Positions 42,397-53,274 of a DNA stretch of 64,000 nt are shown here, piece after piece. The stretch comes from an uncultured Novosphingobium sp. (GTDB taxonomy: Bacteria; Pseudomonadota; Alphaproteobacteria; Sphingomonadales; Sphingomonadaceae). The stretch lies in NCBI GenBank assembly GCA_964573075.1, contig CAZNII010000001.1, forward strand, positions 372-64,371, written 5' to 3'. The notes under the pieces were generated by a model, which worked only from the letters and a program-made list of their open reading frames with translations, was not told the DNA's origin and ran no database searches. The stretch's first letter is position 1. Each line of letters opens with the position of its first letter. Made by a program: the position numbers and the translations under genes.

Positions 42397-43932
42397 TCAG
42401 CTGATGTTCGAATCCGGGAAGCTGGCCTTCTTTTCCTCCATGAAGGCCACCAGCTTTGCATCGACATCGGGGTCGAGCTCTGGACCGACGTAGCTCGCCA
42501 GCATTTCCTTGTAGAGTTTCTCTGCGCGCTGCTCGGCATCGAGCTTGCCGTCCTCGACCCACTGTTCGTAGCTGTTGTTGTCGGCAATGGTCGAGCGGTA
42601 GAACGCGGTCTTGAAATTGGCCTGGGTGTGGCTGCAACCCAGGAAGTGCTGGCCGGGGCCGACTTCGCGCATCGCATCGAGCGCCTGGCCGTTCTCGCTC
42701 ATGTCGACGCCCTTGGCATAGATCGCCATCATCGCCGCCTGATCGCAGTCCATCACGAACTTTTCATAGCCCATCGCCAGCCCACCCTCGAGCCAGCCGG
42801 CGGTGTGGAGCATGAAGTTGACACCCGCCAGCAGCCCCTGCTGCAGCGTGTTGGCGCTTTCGTAAGCAGCCTGCGCATCGGGCACCTTGGCGGCGTTGAA
42901 CCCGCCGGCGCTGCGGAACGGAACGCCCAGGCGCCGGGCCAGCGCGGCACCGACGTTGATGATCAGCGAAGCCTCGGGCGTGCCGAAGGTCGGTGCGCCC
43001 GACTGCATCGACATCGAGGACACGAAGTTGCCGTAGATCACCGGAGCGCCGGGGCGGACCAGCTGGGCCAGCGCCATGCCGCACATCCCTTCGGCCAGGC
43101 TCTGGGCGGCAACCGCCGCGACCGTCACCGGGCTCATCGCCCCGGCGACGATGAATGGGCTGATCATGGTGGCCTGGTTGTGCCGGGCATAGACCTTGAG
43201 CGCGCCGAGCATGGTCTCGTCGAAAGTCATCGGCGAGTTGGCGTTGATCAGGTTGACCATCACGCAGTTGTCCTCGACGAAATCCTCGCCGAATACGATC
43301 TTCGACATGGACACCGAGTCTTCGGCCCGTTGAGGGTGCGTGACCGACCCCATGAAGGGCTTGTCGCTGTACTTGATGTGACTGTAGACCATGTCGAAGT
43401 GCCGCTTGTTGACCGGCAGATCGACGGGTTCGCAGATCGTCCCGCCCGAATGGTGCAGGCTGTCGGCCATGTAGGCCAGCTTCACGAAATTGCGGAAATC
43501 CTCGATCGTCGCATAACGGCGGCCGCCCTCGCGGCTGTAGACGAAGGGCGATCCATAAGCCGGGACCAGCACCGTATTGTTTCCGCCGATTACAACGTTG
43601 TTGGCGGAATTTCTCGCGTGCTGGGTGAAGATCGCGGGGGCATTGTTCTGGATGATCTCGCGGCACATCCCGCGCGGAAAACGCACCCGCACGCCATCGG
43701 CCCTGGCCCCGGCCGCCACGAACAGCGCGATCGATTCCGGATCATCCTTGATGTCGATCCCGATCTCCTCGAGGATCGTATCCGCATTGTGCTCGAGAAT
43801 CGCCAGATCGGCATCGCCAAGTACCGAATAAGGCGGGATATTGCGCTTGATATAGGCTTCGCGCGGCGCGGCCTCCGCGGCGTTTGCGGCAGCGCGGCCA
43901 CGGCGGCCTCCGGTGCGTCCATCTCTCGACAT
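42397..43932 (-). CDS. mttB: MttB family paralogue 3 (intact), glycine betaine:corrinoid methyltransferase MtgB-like
   Basis: PAYGSPF, HSGGTICEPVDLP, SDKPFMGSV, PFRSAGG, HTAGWLEGGL. No internal stop. Confidence 0.92.
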   Translation of the reverse strand: MSRDGRTGGRRGRAAANAAEAAPREAYIKRNIPPYSVLGDADLAILEHNADTILEEIGIDIKDDPESIALFVAAGARADGVRVRFPRGMCREIIQNNAPAIFTQHARNSANNVVIGGNNTVLVPAYGSPFVYSREGGRRYATIEDFRNFVKLAYMADSLHHSGGTICEPVDLPVNKRHFDMVYSHIKYSDKPFMGSVTHPQRAEDSVSMSKIVFGEDFVEDNCVMVNLINANSPMTFDETMLGALKVYARHNQATMISPFIVAGAMSPVTVAAVAAQSLAEGMCGMALAQLVRPGAPVIYGNFVSSMSMQSGAPTFGTPEASLIINVGAALARRLGVPFRSAGGFNAAKVPDAQAAYESANTLQQGLLAGVNFMLHTAGWLEGGLAMGYEKFVMDCDQAAMMAIYAKGVDMSENGQALDAMREVGPGQHFLGCSHTQANFKTAFYRSTIADNNSYEQWVEDGKLDAEQRAEKLYKEMLASYVGPELDPDVDAKLVAFMEEKKASFPDSNIS

Positions 43933-43946
43933 GATCGGTTCCTTGC

Positions 43947-45902
43947 TTATCTCGTCCGTTCGCGCGAGCGGCTGCGGCGGCCTCGACCGGTCGCGGCATC
44001 GCCCTGCGTTTCTGGTGCGGTGGGGAATTTCATAGCGGCCACGAAGTAGTCCTGAAACTTCGGTTCGGTGGCAGTCTCAACTTTAATGATATGCTTTACC
44101 GCCTCGATTATCCGGGCTTTTTCGGCCTGGTTGTAGAGCGCCATCGCCGCGCCCATGCCCGCGGCGTTGCCGACCGAGCGGATCTGCTCGCCGCTGGCCA
44201 TCGGGATGATCCCGATATCGGCCACATACTGGCTGTCGAGGTGGGTGCCGAAGGCGCCAGCCAGCAGCACTTCGTCGAACGCCGGGCAACCAAGGTGATC
44301 GACCAGCAGTTGCACCCCGGCCGAAAGCGCAGCCTTGGCCAACTGGACCGCGCGGACGTCGGTCTGCTTGACGAAAAGCGGATTTTCCGGACGGTCGAGC
44401 AGCAGGAACTTCCAGCTTCCGCCATCCTGGACAAAGCGGTGCGGCGCGGCATCGGGGCGAAACAGGCCGCCGGCATCGATCAGCCCGGCGCTGGCCAGTT
44501 CGACCATCACTTCGAAAATGCCCGAGCCGCAGATCCCGACCACGCGCTTTTCAGCGATATCGGGGTCGGCATCGGAAAGCCATTCCTCGCTGCCGATCAC
44601 CCGAAAGCGGGGCTGGAAGGTCTCGCGGTCGATCCGCACCCGCTCGATCGCACCGGGCGTCGCGCGCACCCCGGCGCTGATTTCCGCCCCTTCGAAGGCC
44701 GGTCCGGTAGGGGAGGAACAGGCCGCAACCTTGCCGCCATGGCTCAGCACGATTTCGGCGTTGGTGCCGATGTCGACCAGCAAAACCGAGCGACCGGTCA
44801 TGACGTCGAGCTGGGTCAGGTAGGCCCCCGTGGTGTCCGCCCCGACATGCCCGCCGACCAGCGGCAGGAAAGCGATCCGCGCGGTTTCGGAAATGCCGAG
44901 ATTGAACCGCGTTGCCGGCGCTTCGAACCAGTCCTTCACAGCCAGGGTGAAGGGTGCCTGGCCCAGTTCGACCGGGTTCAGGCCAAGGAACAGGTGGTGC
45001 ATGATCGGGTTGCCGACCAGCACGACTTCGAGGATCTGGTTCGGGCCGAGATCGAGCTTGGCCCGTGCATCCTCGAGCATCCGGGCGACCTGACCCTGAA
45101 TCTCGGCAGTCAGCTTCTCTTCGCCGCCCTTGTTCATCATGACATAGGAGACCCGGCTCATCAGGTCTTCGCCATAGCGGATCTGCGGATTCATCGCCGA
45201 AGCCTGGTGGACCAGCGCGCCGTTGGTAAGATCGTAGAGATAGAGCGCCAGGCTGGTCGAGCCGATGTCGATCGCCGCGCCATAGGCATCGAAGGGGGCC
45301 GGCGGCCAGACGTCGATGATCCACTTGTCGTCGCGCACCACCGCAATCAGCTCGCGCTCGTTCTGGGCAAGGATCGGCTGGAGCTTGGCCAGTGGCCGGT
45401 GTTCGATCTGGGTTTCGACCCCGAATTCGCGCAGCGCGGCAATCAGCGCCTCGGTATCGCTGGGATTATCGTCGAGCTGCGGGACCGGCAGCTTGACCAT
45501 GAACAGCTTGATCGCAGGGTTCAGTTCGGTCTCGAAGCCGGTGGAGTCCTTGGAAATGCTCGACACCTGGTGGCGCGCATCACCGGGCACCTCGACCACC
45601 ACGTCGCCGAGCACCTGCGCGCGGCAAGCCAGGCGGCGGCCCGGCTTGAGGTCGCCGCGCTTCGCGGCCTTTTCCTCGCTGTCGGTCCAGCCTGAAAGGC
45701 TGCCTTCCTCAACCTTGACCCCGAACTTGGGATAATCACCCGGTTCGAACTCGATCTGGCAGCGCCGGCACAGGCCCTTGCCGCCGCAGATCGAAAGGAT
45801 ATCGACACCCGCGTTGAGCGCGACGTCGTATACGCTCTGGCCTTCTTCGGCAGTCGCGCGGATGCCCGATGGCGTGAAAATGACCTTGTGCTTGCCGCTC
45901 AT
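43947..45902 (-). CDS. ASKHA-domain reductive activator of corrinoid proteins (RACo-like, N-terminal 2Fe-2S)
   Basis: CGGKGLCRRC...RLAC ferredoxin, DIGSTS, NPQIRYGEDLMSR, DIGTNAE, GICGSG, LAGAFG, GNAA. Confidence 0.92.
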   Translation of the reverse strand: MSGKHKVIFTPSGIRATAEEGQSVYDVALNAGVDILSICGGKGLCRRCQIEFEPGDYPKFGVKVEEGSLSGWTDSEEKAAKRGDLKPGRRLACRAQVLGDVVVEVPGDARHQVSSISKDSTGFETELNPAIKLFMVKLPVPQLDDNPSDTEALIAALREFGVETQIEHRPLAKLQPILAQNERELIAVVRDDKWIIDVWPPAPFDAYGAAIDIGSTSLALYLYDLTNGALVHQASAMNPQIRYGEDLMSRVSYVMMNKGGEEKLTAEIQGQVARMLEDARAKLDLGPNQILEVVLVGNPIMHHLFLGLNPVELGQAPFTLAVKDWFEAPATRFNLGISETARIAFLPLVGGHVGADTTGAYLTQLDVMTGRSVLLVDIGTNAEIVLSHGGKVAACSSPTGPAFEGAEISAGVRATPGAIERVRIDRETFQPRFRVIGSEEWLSDADPDIAEKRVVGICGSGIFEVMVELASAGLIDAGGLFRPDAAPHRFVQDGGSWKFLLLDRPENPLFVKQTDVRAVQLAKAALSAGVQLLVDHLGCPAFDEVLLAGAFGTHLDSQYVADIGIIPMASGEQIRSVGNAAGMGAAMALYNQAEKARIIEAVKHIIKVETATEPKFQDYFVAAMKFPTAPETQGDAATGRGRRSRSRERTR

Positions 45903-46312
45903 TGGCCTTGCATGCCTCCTTCAGGGTAGCCGGCATATTGCGGCAACCCGTCGGTAATTTCGTAATAGTCGCCCTTTTCGGCGACGAAGATGTGCCCGCA
46001 AGTCCCGATCCCGCGGGTGTGTTCCAGCGATCCGGCCAGCACGCTCATATTGTCGCTGCTCGCGGTCGACCAGAACAGCGGGCTGCAGCAGGCCGCGCAG
46101 AACCCATGCGCGCTTTCATCCGAAACCGGGGTCCAGCGCAGCTCGCCCTCAATCGCGTAGTTCTCTCGCCTCGTGCGGCACGCAGCGATGTAGTGGCCGG
46201 TCAGCTTGCGGCACTGGGTGCAGTGGCAGAAACAGATGTCGCGCAGGCCCCGGGCGCGGAAAGTTACCGCGCCGCAGTGGCACTGCCCGCTGTGTTCGGC
46301 CTGCTCAGCCAC
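45899..46312 (-). CDS. GFA (glutathione-dependent formaldehyde-activating) family protein
   Basis: GQCHCGAV, CHCTQCRK, FCAACCSPLFW. A GTG start at 46312 overlaps the upstream stop. Confidence 0.85.
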   Translation of the reverse strand: MAEQAEHSGQCHCGAVTFRARGLRDICFCHCTQCRKLTGHYIAACRTRRENYAIEGELRWTPVSDESAHGFCAACCSPLFWSTASSDNMSVLAGSLEHTRGIGTCGHIFVAEKGDYYEITDGLPQYAGYPEGGMQGQ

Positions 46313-47210
46313 GCCGGCGCCGGCCCTCGCGCCCGCCACGCGCACCGCGTCCTTCGCCTTCGGGGGCCGGTTCGCGGAACATCTTGATCCAGTTGGCGCA
46401 GTTAGGATCGACGCCGTTCAGCGTGTCGGCCGCCTTGATCGCCGGAACCAGCCCTTCATGGCAGGGATTGAGGATCGCGCTGGTCATGCCGGCAGCAGCA
46501 GCCATCGGCAGGAAGCTGTTGTTGATCGCGTGGCGATTGGGCAGGCCAAAGCCGATGTTCGATGCGCCGCAGGTGGTGTTGACCCCCAGTTCCTCGCGCA
46601 GGCGGCGGACCAGGCGGAACACATCGCGCCCGGCGCTGTTGATCGCGCCGATCGGCATGACCAGCGGATCGACCACCACGTCTTCCTTCTTGATCCCGTG
46701 ATCCTGGGCGCGCTCGACGATCAGCTTGGCGATACGGAATCGCTCGTCGATATCCTGCGAAATGCCGGTGTCATCGTTCGAGATCGCGACGACCGCGGCG
46801 TCGTACTTCTTCACCAGCGGCAGCACGCGCTCCATCACTTCCTCTTCGGCGGTGGTCGAGTTGACCAGCGGACGACCCTTGTAGACCGCCAGGCCCGCTT
46901 CGAGCGCTTCGATGATCGAGCTGTCGATGCACAGCGGCACGTCGGTGACCGACTGGACCAGCTGAACCACTTCGGCCAGGATCCTGGGCTCGTCGGCCAG
47001 CGGGATCCCGGCGTTGACGTCGAGCATCTGCGCCCCGGCCTCGACCTGGGCGAGGGCATCGGCGACCACGCGGTCGTAATTGCCTTCCTTCATTTCCGCG
47101 GCGAGCAGCTTGCGGCCCGTCGGGTTGATGCGTTCGCCGATCATCACGAAGGGCTGGTCGAAGCCGATCACGACTTCCTTGGTGGCGGAACTGAGTACGG
47201 TTCTGGACAT
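46305..47210 (-). CDS. Methyltetrahydrofolate:corrinoid methyltransferase (pterin-binding; MtqA/AcsE-like)
   Basis: Start MSRTVLSS. IGERINPTGRK, AQMLDVNAG, CIDSS, VDPLVMP, GASNIGFGLP. Confidence 0.92.
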   Translation of the reverse strand: MSRTVLSSATKEVVIGFDQPFVMIGERINPTGRKLLAAEMKEGNYDRVVADALAQVEAGAQMLDVNAGIPLADEPRILAEVVQLVQSVTDVPLCIDSSIIEALEAGLAVYKGRPLVNSTTAEEEVMERVLPLVKKYDAAVVAISNDDTGISQDIDERFRIAKLIVERAQDHGIKKEDVVVDPLVMPIGAINSAGRDVFRLVRRLREELGVNTTCGASNIGFGLPNRHAINNSFLPMAAAAGMTSAILNPCHEGLVPAIKAADTLNGVDPNCANWIKMFREPAPEGEGRGARGGREGRRRRG

Positions 47211-47220
47211 CGGCTTTCCC

Positions 47221-48252
47221 TCAGACTGAAACGGGTTGCTTGAGATGGGTGAGATGGCTCGGCGCCCAGGGCTTGCGGCCTTGCAGCACACCCGAGCGGG
47301 TGACAATTTCTCCCACGAATTCCTCCTGCTTGTAGGCCATCAGGTGGATCCCGCTGATGCCCTCGATCTCGGCCAGCTGCTGCATCAGCTCCACCGCGAT
47401 CGCGCGGCCCTCGGCCTTGGGCTTTTCGGCCTGTTCGAGCCGGCGGATCACGTCATCAGGGATGTGCACCCCAGGGATCGCACTCTTGAGCCATTTGGCG
47501 GTCTTGGCCGAGGCCAGCACGCCCACGCCCATCAGCACATAGCATTGCTCGGTCAGCCCCAGATCGCGGGACCGGGCCATGAATTCGCGCGCCATGTCGA
47601 TATCGAAGCAGTACTGCGACTGGACAAACTGTGCGCCCGCCGCGACCTTCTTGGCGAACTGATCGACCCGGTTGGCATAGGGCGGGGCAAAGGGATTGAT
47701 CGAGGCGCCCGAGAACAACCGCGGTTCCAGATCGAGCTTGCGGCCCGACAGGAACCGACTTTCATCACGCATTGTCCGCACGGTTTGCAGCAACGAGACC
47801 GAATCGAAATCGAATACCGGCCTGGCCTCGGGATGATCGCCGACCGAGACGTCGTCGCCCGACAGGCACAGCACGTTGTAGACCCCGAGCGCAGCCGCGC
47901 CGAGCAGATCGCCCTGGATCGCGATCCGGTTGCGATCGCGGCACGAGATCTGGATGATCGGCGAATAGCCCTCACGGGTCAGGATCGCGCAGACCCCCAG
48001 GCTGGACATGTGGCAGTTCGCGCCCGACCCGTCGGTCGCGTTGATCGCATCGACATAGCCGTCGAACACCGAGGCGCGGCGCAGCACTTCTTCGGGATCG
48101 GCAGAATCCGGTGGCGCGATTTCGGTCGAGACGGCGAAGTGGCCGGCGCGCAGCACGCGTTCGAACCGGCCGTGCGAGACATGGCCGGGCAGGCGCGGCA
48201 GCGGATCGCCGGGATTGAGCCCTTCGGCATCAATAATCGCGCGGTCAGTCAT
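47221..48252 (-). CDS. metF: Methylenetetrahydrofolate reductase catalytic subunit (MetVF type)
   Basis: EIAPP, INATD, CRDRNRIAIQGDLLGA, LSGD, KKVAAGAQFVQSQ. Confidence 0.9.
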   Translation of the reverse strand: MTDRAIIDAEGLNPGDPLPRLPGHVSHGRFERVLRAGHFAVSTEIAPPDSADPEEVLRRASVFDGYVDAINATDGSGANCHMSSLGVCAILTREGYSPIIQISCRDRNRIAIQGDLLGAAALGVYNVLCLSGDDVSVGDHPEARPVFDFDSVSLLQTVRTMRDESRFLSGRKLDLEPRLFSGASINPFAPPYANRVDQFAKKVAAGAQFVQSQYCFDIDMAREFMARSRDLGLTEQCYVLMGVGVLASAKTAKWLKSAIPGVHIPDDVIRRLEQAEKPKAEGRAIAVELMQQLAEIEGISGIHLMAYKQEEFVGEIVTRSGVLQGRKPWAPSHLTHLKQPVSV

Positions 48253-48697
48253 GGCCCAGTTCCTCACGCGCCAGCTTGAGCCAGGATGAGGTGCCCTTCA
48301 GGCGGTTATCGACCGCGAAGTTGACCTGCTTGATCGCCTCTCCGCCCTTCATCCGCGAAGCGCCATCCCAGGCCGCGACCCAGACGCAGCGCATCTCGGG
48401 CTTGACCTCGCAGTGCCCGTTTTCGCGCACCCCGCCGCAGGGGCCGTTGCGGATCGTCTTCGGGCAATTCATCGGGCAGGACATGCCGGTCTTCGAAAGG
48501 GCGCAGTCGCCGCACATCTTGCAGTCGAAGAAGAAGCCCTTGGCCGCCGCCTCGACCTTGGTGATCGGCTTGTCGAGCCGGGCGCCAAAGACCTTCACGG
48601 TGCCGCGCAGCAGCTTAACAACCACCGGGTTGAAGGTGTTGTAGACCCATTCCAGCTGGCGCGAACGCCGGACCGACCACAGCCGCACCCTATACAT
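48245..48697 (-). CDS. metV: MetV-like Fe-S subunit of MTHFR
   Basis: CKMCGDC...CPMNCPK...NGPCGG...CEV...CVW (8 Cys). Confidence 0.85.
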   Translation of the reverse strand: MYRVRLWSVRRSRQLEWVYNTFNPVVVKLLRGTVKVFGARLDKPITKVEAAAKGFFFDCKMCGDCALSKTGMSCPMNCPKTIRNGPCGGVRENGHCEVKPEMRCVWVAAWDGASRMKGGEAIKQVNFAVDNRLKGTSSWLKLAREELGHD

Positions 48698-49405
48698 CGA
48701 CGGTCCCCCTGATCGCCTGGGTCAAATCGCCAAACCCGACCTTGTGATAACGGTAGTTGAGGCCAAGCCGGTCGGCCGCTTCCTGAGCCTTGGCCTGCAG
48801 TTCGGGCGAGTCGGTCTGGGCAAGGTAAACGAGGTCGCGATAGTTGCCGAAGTAGGTCTCGAGCATTTCGGGGTGCCGATCGAGGCCGCAGCCTTCCCAC
48901 ACCAGCCGGTCGAAATGCCGGACCAGGAAATCGGTCACGAAGTAGCTCCCCACTTCGGCTTCCGCGATCTGGTTGAACAGCGGCGTGCCGGCAAAGAATT
49001 CATAGCAGTGCATGTGCGGCAGGCGGTTGGCCTCATGACGTTCCAGCACCTTGTCGAGGGCCCCACCGGTGCCGCAATCGCCATAGCCAACCAGCACCCG
49101 CGAGTACTTGTGGCGATGCTCGGACAGGAAGGCGTCGACCCGCGGCGCGATCTGGCCGGGTCGGTTGTGAAGTTCGGCGGGCAGGCAATGCAGAACCATG
49201 GCATCGTCCGCGATCCCGAGCTGTCCGCGCAGCGCGATGATCTCGTTGGCTATCGCGCCGCATGCCAGCACCAGCGCCGGACCATCGGGGTTGGCGCTGG
49301 TGGTGACGAGCGAATCCGGCGCAACCTGCTGCGCGTCCTGCGGCCGTGCACGCCGGCCCAGTCTTGCTTGGCGGCCACCGGTCCGCCGGACGGCGGACTC
49401 GGACA

Positions 49406-49406
<1 letters not shown>
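48690..49406 (-). CDS. DUF1638 family protein
   Basis: LACGAIANE, LPAELHNRP, GYGDCGTGG, HCYEFF, TDFLVRHF. Confidence 0.85.
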
Positions 49407-50089
<683 letters not shown>

Positions 50090-50167
50090 GGGTACCCCTC
50101 GTGGTTCGTTCAGGTTCAGGATCCTGCGCCGATCATGCTGCAATCGCTGCGCGCCGTATGTTCCCAA

Positions 50168-50194
50168 CACGACGTTTTCTGATATATTCACGAC
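50168..50194. promoter_or_regulatory. Direct repeat CACGAC-N15-CACGAC (21-bp period), probable GATR/AraC binding site
   Basis: Exact hexamer repeat between the divergent corrinoid operon and the GlxA regulator. Confidence 0.6.
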
Positions 50195-50214
50195 ATGAGC
50201 ATTAGGCATACACC

Positions 50215-51225
50215 GTGAATCGCGAGAGATCCGGACCGCCGGCAACCTGGCCGCGCAGCTTCGCCTTCCTGCTGGTCGAGGATTTCTCGATGATGCCCTT
50301 CACGGCCGCGCTCGAGCCGCTGCGGGTGGCGAACCGGATGCATGGGCGAGAGGTCTATCGCTGGCACACACTCAGCATGGACGGTGCACCGGTAACCGCC
50401 AGCAATGGCACCGCTGTGCAGGTCGACGGTTCTTTGCCGCAATGCGGCCAGGTCGATGCGGTCGTCGTCTGTGCCGGGGTCAAGGCATACGATCACCGCG
50501 ACCCGGCGGTCGCTGCGCAACTGCGGCGGTTGTCACGGCGCGATTGCCTGATCGGCAGCGTCTGTTCCGGATCGATCATCCTGGCCGATGCCGGTCTGCT
50601 CGACGGGCGCAAGTGCACCGGGCATTGGGAGGATCTGGAAACCCTTGCCGAAAACTACCCGGCACTGGAAGTGACGAAGAGCATCTTCGAGATCGACGGC
50701 AGCCGTTTCACCTGTTCGGGCGGAACCGCGCCGCTCGATCTTATGATCCATTTCATTTCGCGCGATTTCGGCCGCGATCTGGCTGCCCGCGTGGCCGACC
50801 AGATGCTGCACCATTCGGCCCGCCAGGCGGCCGAGCCGCAACGGCTGGCATTGTCGGAACGGACCGGGGTGCGCCATCCCCGTCTGCTCGACGTGATTGC
50901 GGCGATGGAGGCCAATCTCGAGAGCCCCCTCCAGCTTGCGGTTCTGGCCGAACGGGCCGGGCTTTCGCTGCGCCAGCTAGAGCGACTGTTCGCCGATCAA
51001 CTGAGGCTCAAGCCAGGCAGCTACTATCGCAAGCTGCGGCTCGACCGGGCGCGGCAACTGGTGATGCAAACCGGGCAATCGATGCTGCAGATCGCGGTGG
51101 CGACTGGTTTTTCGTCGGCCACCCATTTCGCCAAGGTTTACGGTGCCGAGTTCGGCCTGCCGCCCAGCCGCGACCGCGAGGCGGCACAGCGCAAGGACGG
51201 GGCGCTCAACATTCGACGACGTTGA
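50215..51225 (+). CDS. GlxA/GATR-type AraC regulator (GbdR-like)
   Basis: EPLRVANR, CTGHWE, TCSGGTAPLDLM, LSLRQLERLF. Divergent from the betaine demethylation operon. Confidence 0.9.
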   Translation: MNRERSGPPATWPRSFAFLLVEDFSMMPFTAALEPLRVANRMHGREVYRWHTLSMDGAPVTASNGTAVQVDGSLPQCGQVDAVVVCAGVKAYDHRDPAVAAQLRRLSRRDCLIGSVCSGSIILADAGLLDGRKCTGHWEDLETLAENYPALEVTKSIFEIDGSRFTCSGGTAPLDLMIHFISRDFGRDLAARVADQMLHHSARQAAEPQRLALSERTGVRHPRLLDVIAAMEANLESPLQLAVLAERAGLSLRQLERLFADQLRLKPGSYYRKLRLDRARQLVMQTGQSMLQIAVATGFSSATHFAKVYGAEFGLPPSRDREAAQRKDGALNIRRR

Positions 51226-52585
51226 CCGCCAGCCCGCCGAGCGAAGTTTCCTTGTACTTGTCGCGCATGTCGAGGCCGGTCTGGCGCATGGTCTCGATCA
51301 CCTTGTCGAGGCTGACCATGTGCGATCCGTCGCCGGTCATGGCGAGGCGTGAAGCATCGATCGCCTTGACCGCGCCCATCGCATTGCGCTCGATACAGGG
51401 GATCTGCACCAGCCCGCCGACCGGATCGCAAGTCAGGCCAAGATTGTGCTCCATCCCGATTTCGGCGGCGTTTTCGATCTGGGCATTGGTGCCGCCCAGC
51501 GCAGCAGTAAGGCCGGCCGCAGCCATTGAGCAGGCCACCCCGACTTCGCCCTGGCATCCGACCTCCGCGCCGGAGATAGAGGCGTTCTTCTTGTAAAGCG
51601 CGCCGATCGCGGCCGCGGTGAGCAGGAAGGTCCGGCGGGTTTCGGCATTGCCGCGATAGCAGCGGTCATGAAAACGCATCACTGCCGGGATGATCCCGGC
51701 CGCGCCATTCGTCGGGGCGGTCACGACCCGACCGCATGCGGCGTTCTCTTCATTGACCGCCATTGCCCACAGATTGATCCAGTCCAGAATGGCCAACGGA
51801 TCGCCGATTACCGCGCCGTGGCGCGAGGCCAGTTCTTGGGCAAGGGCAGGGGCACGGCGCCGGACGTTGAGGCCGCCCGGCAGGATGCCGCTTTCCCGGC
51901 AGCCGCGATCGATGCTGTCAGCCATGGCCTGGGCAATGGCATCGATCCCGGCCAGCACTTCGGCTTCCGGACGGCGTGCGCACTCGTTGGCGAAGACCAG
52001 CTCGGCAAAGCTCTTGCCGGTGCTCTCGCCCAGCGCCAGCAGTTCGGCGCCCGATCCGAAGTCATAGGGAATTGCATCCTCGTCGCCGGCTGCACCGCTG
52101 TTGCTGCCGGCCTCGTCCTCGTCGAGCACGAAACCGCCACCGATCGAGTAGTAGAGCCGGGTGGCGACAATCTGTCCGGCGGAATCCAGCGCGGTGATTG
52201 CCATGGCGTTGGAATGGAATGGCTGGCGCTTGCGCTGGTGGAACAGCAGGTCGGTGGCGGGATCGAAGGCCGCCCGGTGCGTTCCGGCAAGATCGACCGC
52301 GCGTTCGCTCGCCACCCGTTCCAGGATCCCTGGAACCGCTTCGATATCGACGCTGGCCGGTTCATGGCCGCATAGCCCCAGGATCACCGCGGTGTCGGTC
52401 GCGTGGCCCTTGCCGGTCAATGCCAGCGAGCCATAGAGATCGACTCGAACCGCGCGCGTCGCGTTCAGCTTTCCGCTGGCGGTCAGCCAGACACCGAACC
52501 TGCGCGCAGCCACCATCGGCCCGACGGTGTGCGAACTCGAAGGACCGACCCCGATCTTGAACAGCTCGAAAAGACTGATGCTCAT
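51206..52585 (-). CDS. sdaA: L-serine ammonia-lyase (Fe-S dependent)
   Basis: [48 protein letters not shown]. Confidence 0.96.
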   Translation of the reverse strand: MSISLFELFKIGVGPSSSHTVGPMVAARRFGVWLTASGKLNATRAVRVDLYGSLALTGKGHATDTAVILGLCGHEPASVDIEAVPGILERVASERAVDLAGTHRAAFDPATDLLFHQRKRQPFHSNAMAITALDSAGQIVATRLYYSIGGGFVLDEDEAGSNSGAAGDEDAIPYDFGSGAELLALGESTGKSFAELVFANECARRPEAEVLAGIDAIAQAMADSIDRGCRESGILPGGLNVRRRAPALAQELASRHGAVIGDPLAILDWINLWAMAVNEENAACGRVVTAPTNGAAGIIPAVMRFHDRCYRGNAETRRTFLLTAAAIGALYKKNASISGAEVGCQGEVGVACSMAAAGLTAALGGTNAQIENAAEIGMEHNLGLTCDPVGGLVQIPCIERNAMGAVKAIDASRLAMTGDGSHMVSLDKVIETMRQTGLDMRDKYKETSLGGLAVNVVEC

Positions 52586-53079
52586 GCGCGGGCGGGCAAC
52601 AGGGCGATCACTGGCTCGTGACCGGTGCCTGACAGGAATGCGACCAGATCCGAGCCCGACAGGCCCAGCGTGGCCGTGTTGCGGAGTGGATGGACGTTGA
52701 CCTGCGCGGCATCGGCCAGCCGGCGGTCGATCACGAACCGAACCGATCCGGCCGGATCGTTGAACGCGGCCAGCGGCGTGACCGATCCCGGAGTGACCCC
52801 GATCAGCCGCTCCATGTCCTCGGCCTTGCCGAAGCTGACCTTTTTCGAGCCGATGGCTTCGGGCAGCGATTTGAGGTCGATCGAGGCATCGTGAGGAGCG
52901 CTGACCACCCAGAATTGGCCGCCGGCATCTTTGAGGAACAGGTTCTTCGTGTGGGCACCCGGGATCGACTCATGCAGCCGGGCGCTTGCCTCGACCGTGA
53001 AAACGGCTTCGTGCTCGTGCAAGGTCCAGGCAATCCCGGCTGCGTCGAGCGCTTCAAGAAGTCGGGAGGTCTCGGTCAC
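52582..53079 (-). CDS. YbaK/ProX (PrdX, ProXp-ala-like) aminoacyl-tRNA deacylase
   Basis: HEAVFTVE, HTKNLFLKD, GVTPGSVTP, NVHPLRN. GTG start at 53079; stop overlaps the sdaA start. Confidence 0.88.
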   Translation of the reverse strand: MTETSRLLEALDAAGIAWTLHEHEAVFTVEASARLHESIPGAHTKNLFLKDAGGQFWVVSAPHDASIDLKSLPEAIGSKKVSFGKAEDMERLIGVTPGSVTPLAAFNDPAGSVRFVIDRRLADAAQVNVHPLRNTATLGLSGSDLVAFLSGTGHEPVIALLPARA

Positions 53080-53274
53080 GTTACTGATTTTCCGTTCTAT
53101 TTCAGGCTGAGTCCGGCCATCGCAGATGACGTTGCCAAAGCCGGGTAATTTCACGGCGGTGGCTACGGGCGCTCAACCGCGCGGTCCATCGCCCGTTTCA
53201 AGCATTAGCAGGATTGATTCAGACCTGCAGAGCGGGTGATCCACGAAAGCTAGGGTTGTGACCCTATCCGAAAC

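Noticed and set aside
50090-50214. Cobalamin riboswitch upstream of the corrinoid operon or the TBDRs
   Set aside because: No B12-box or conserved riboswitch core was recognised, and this intergenic space is short. An Rfam scan would be decisive.
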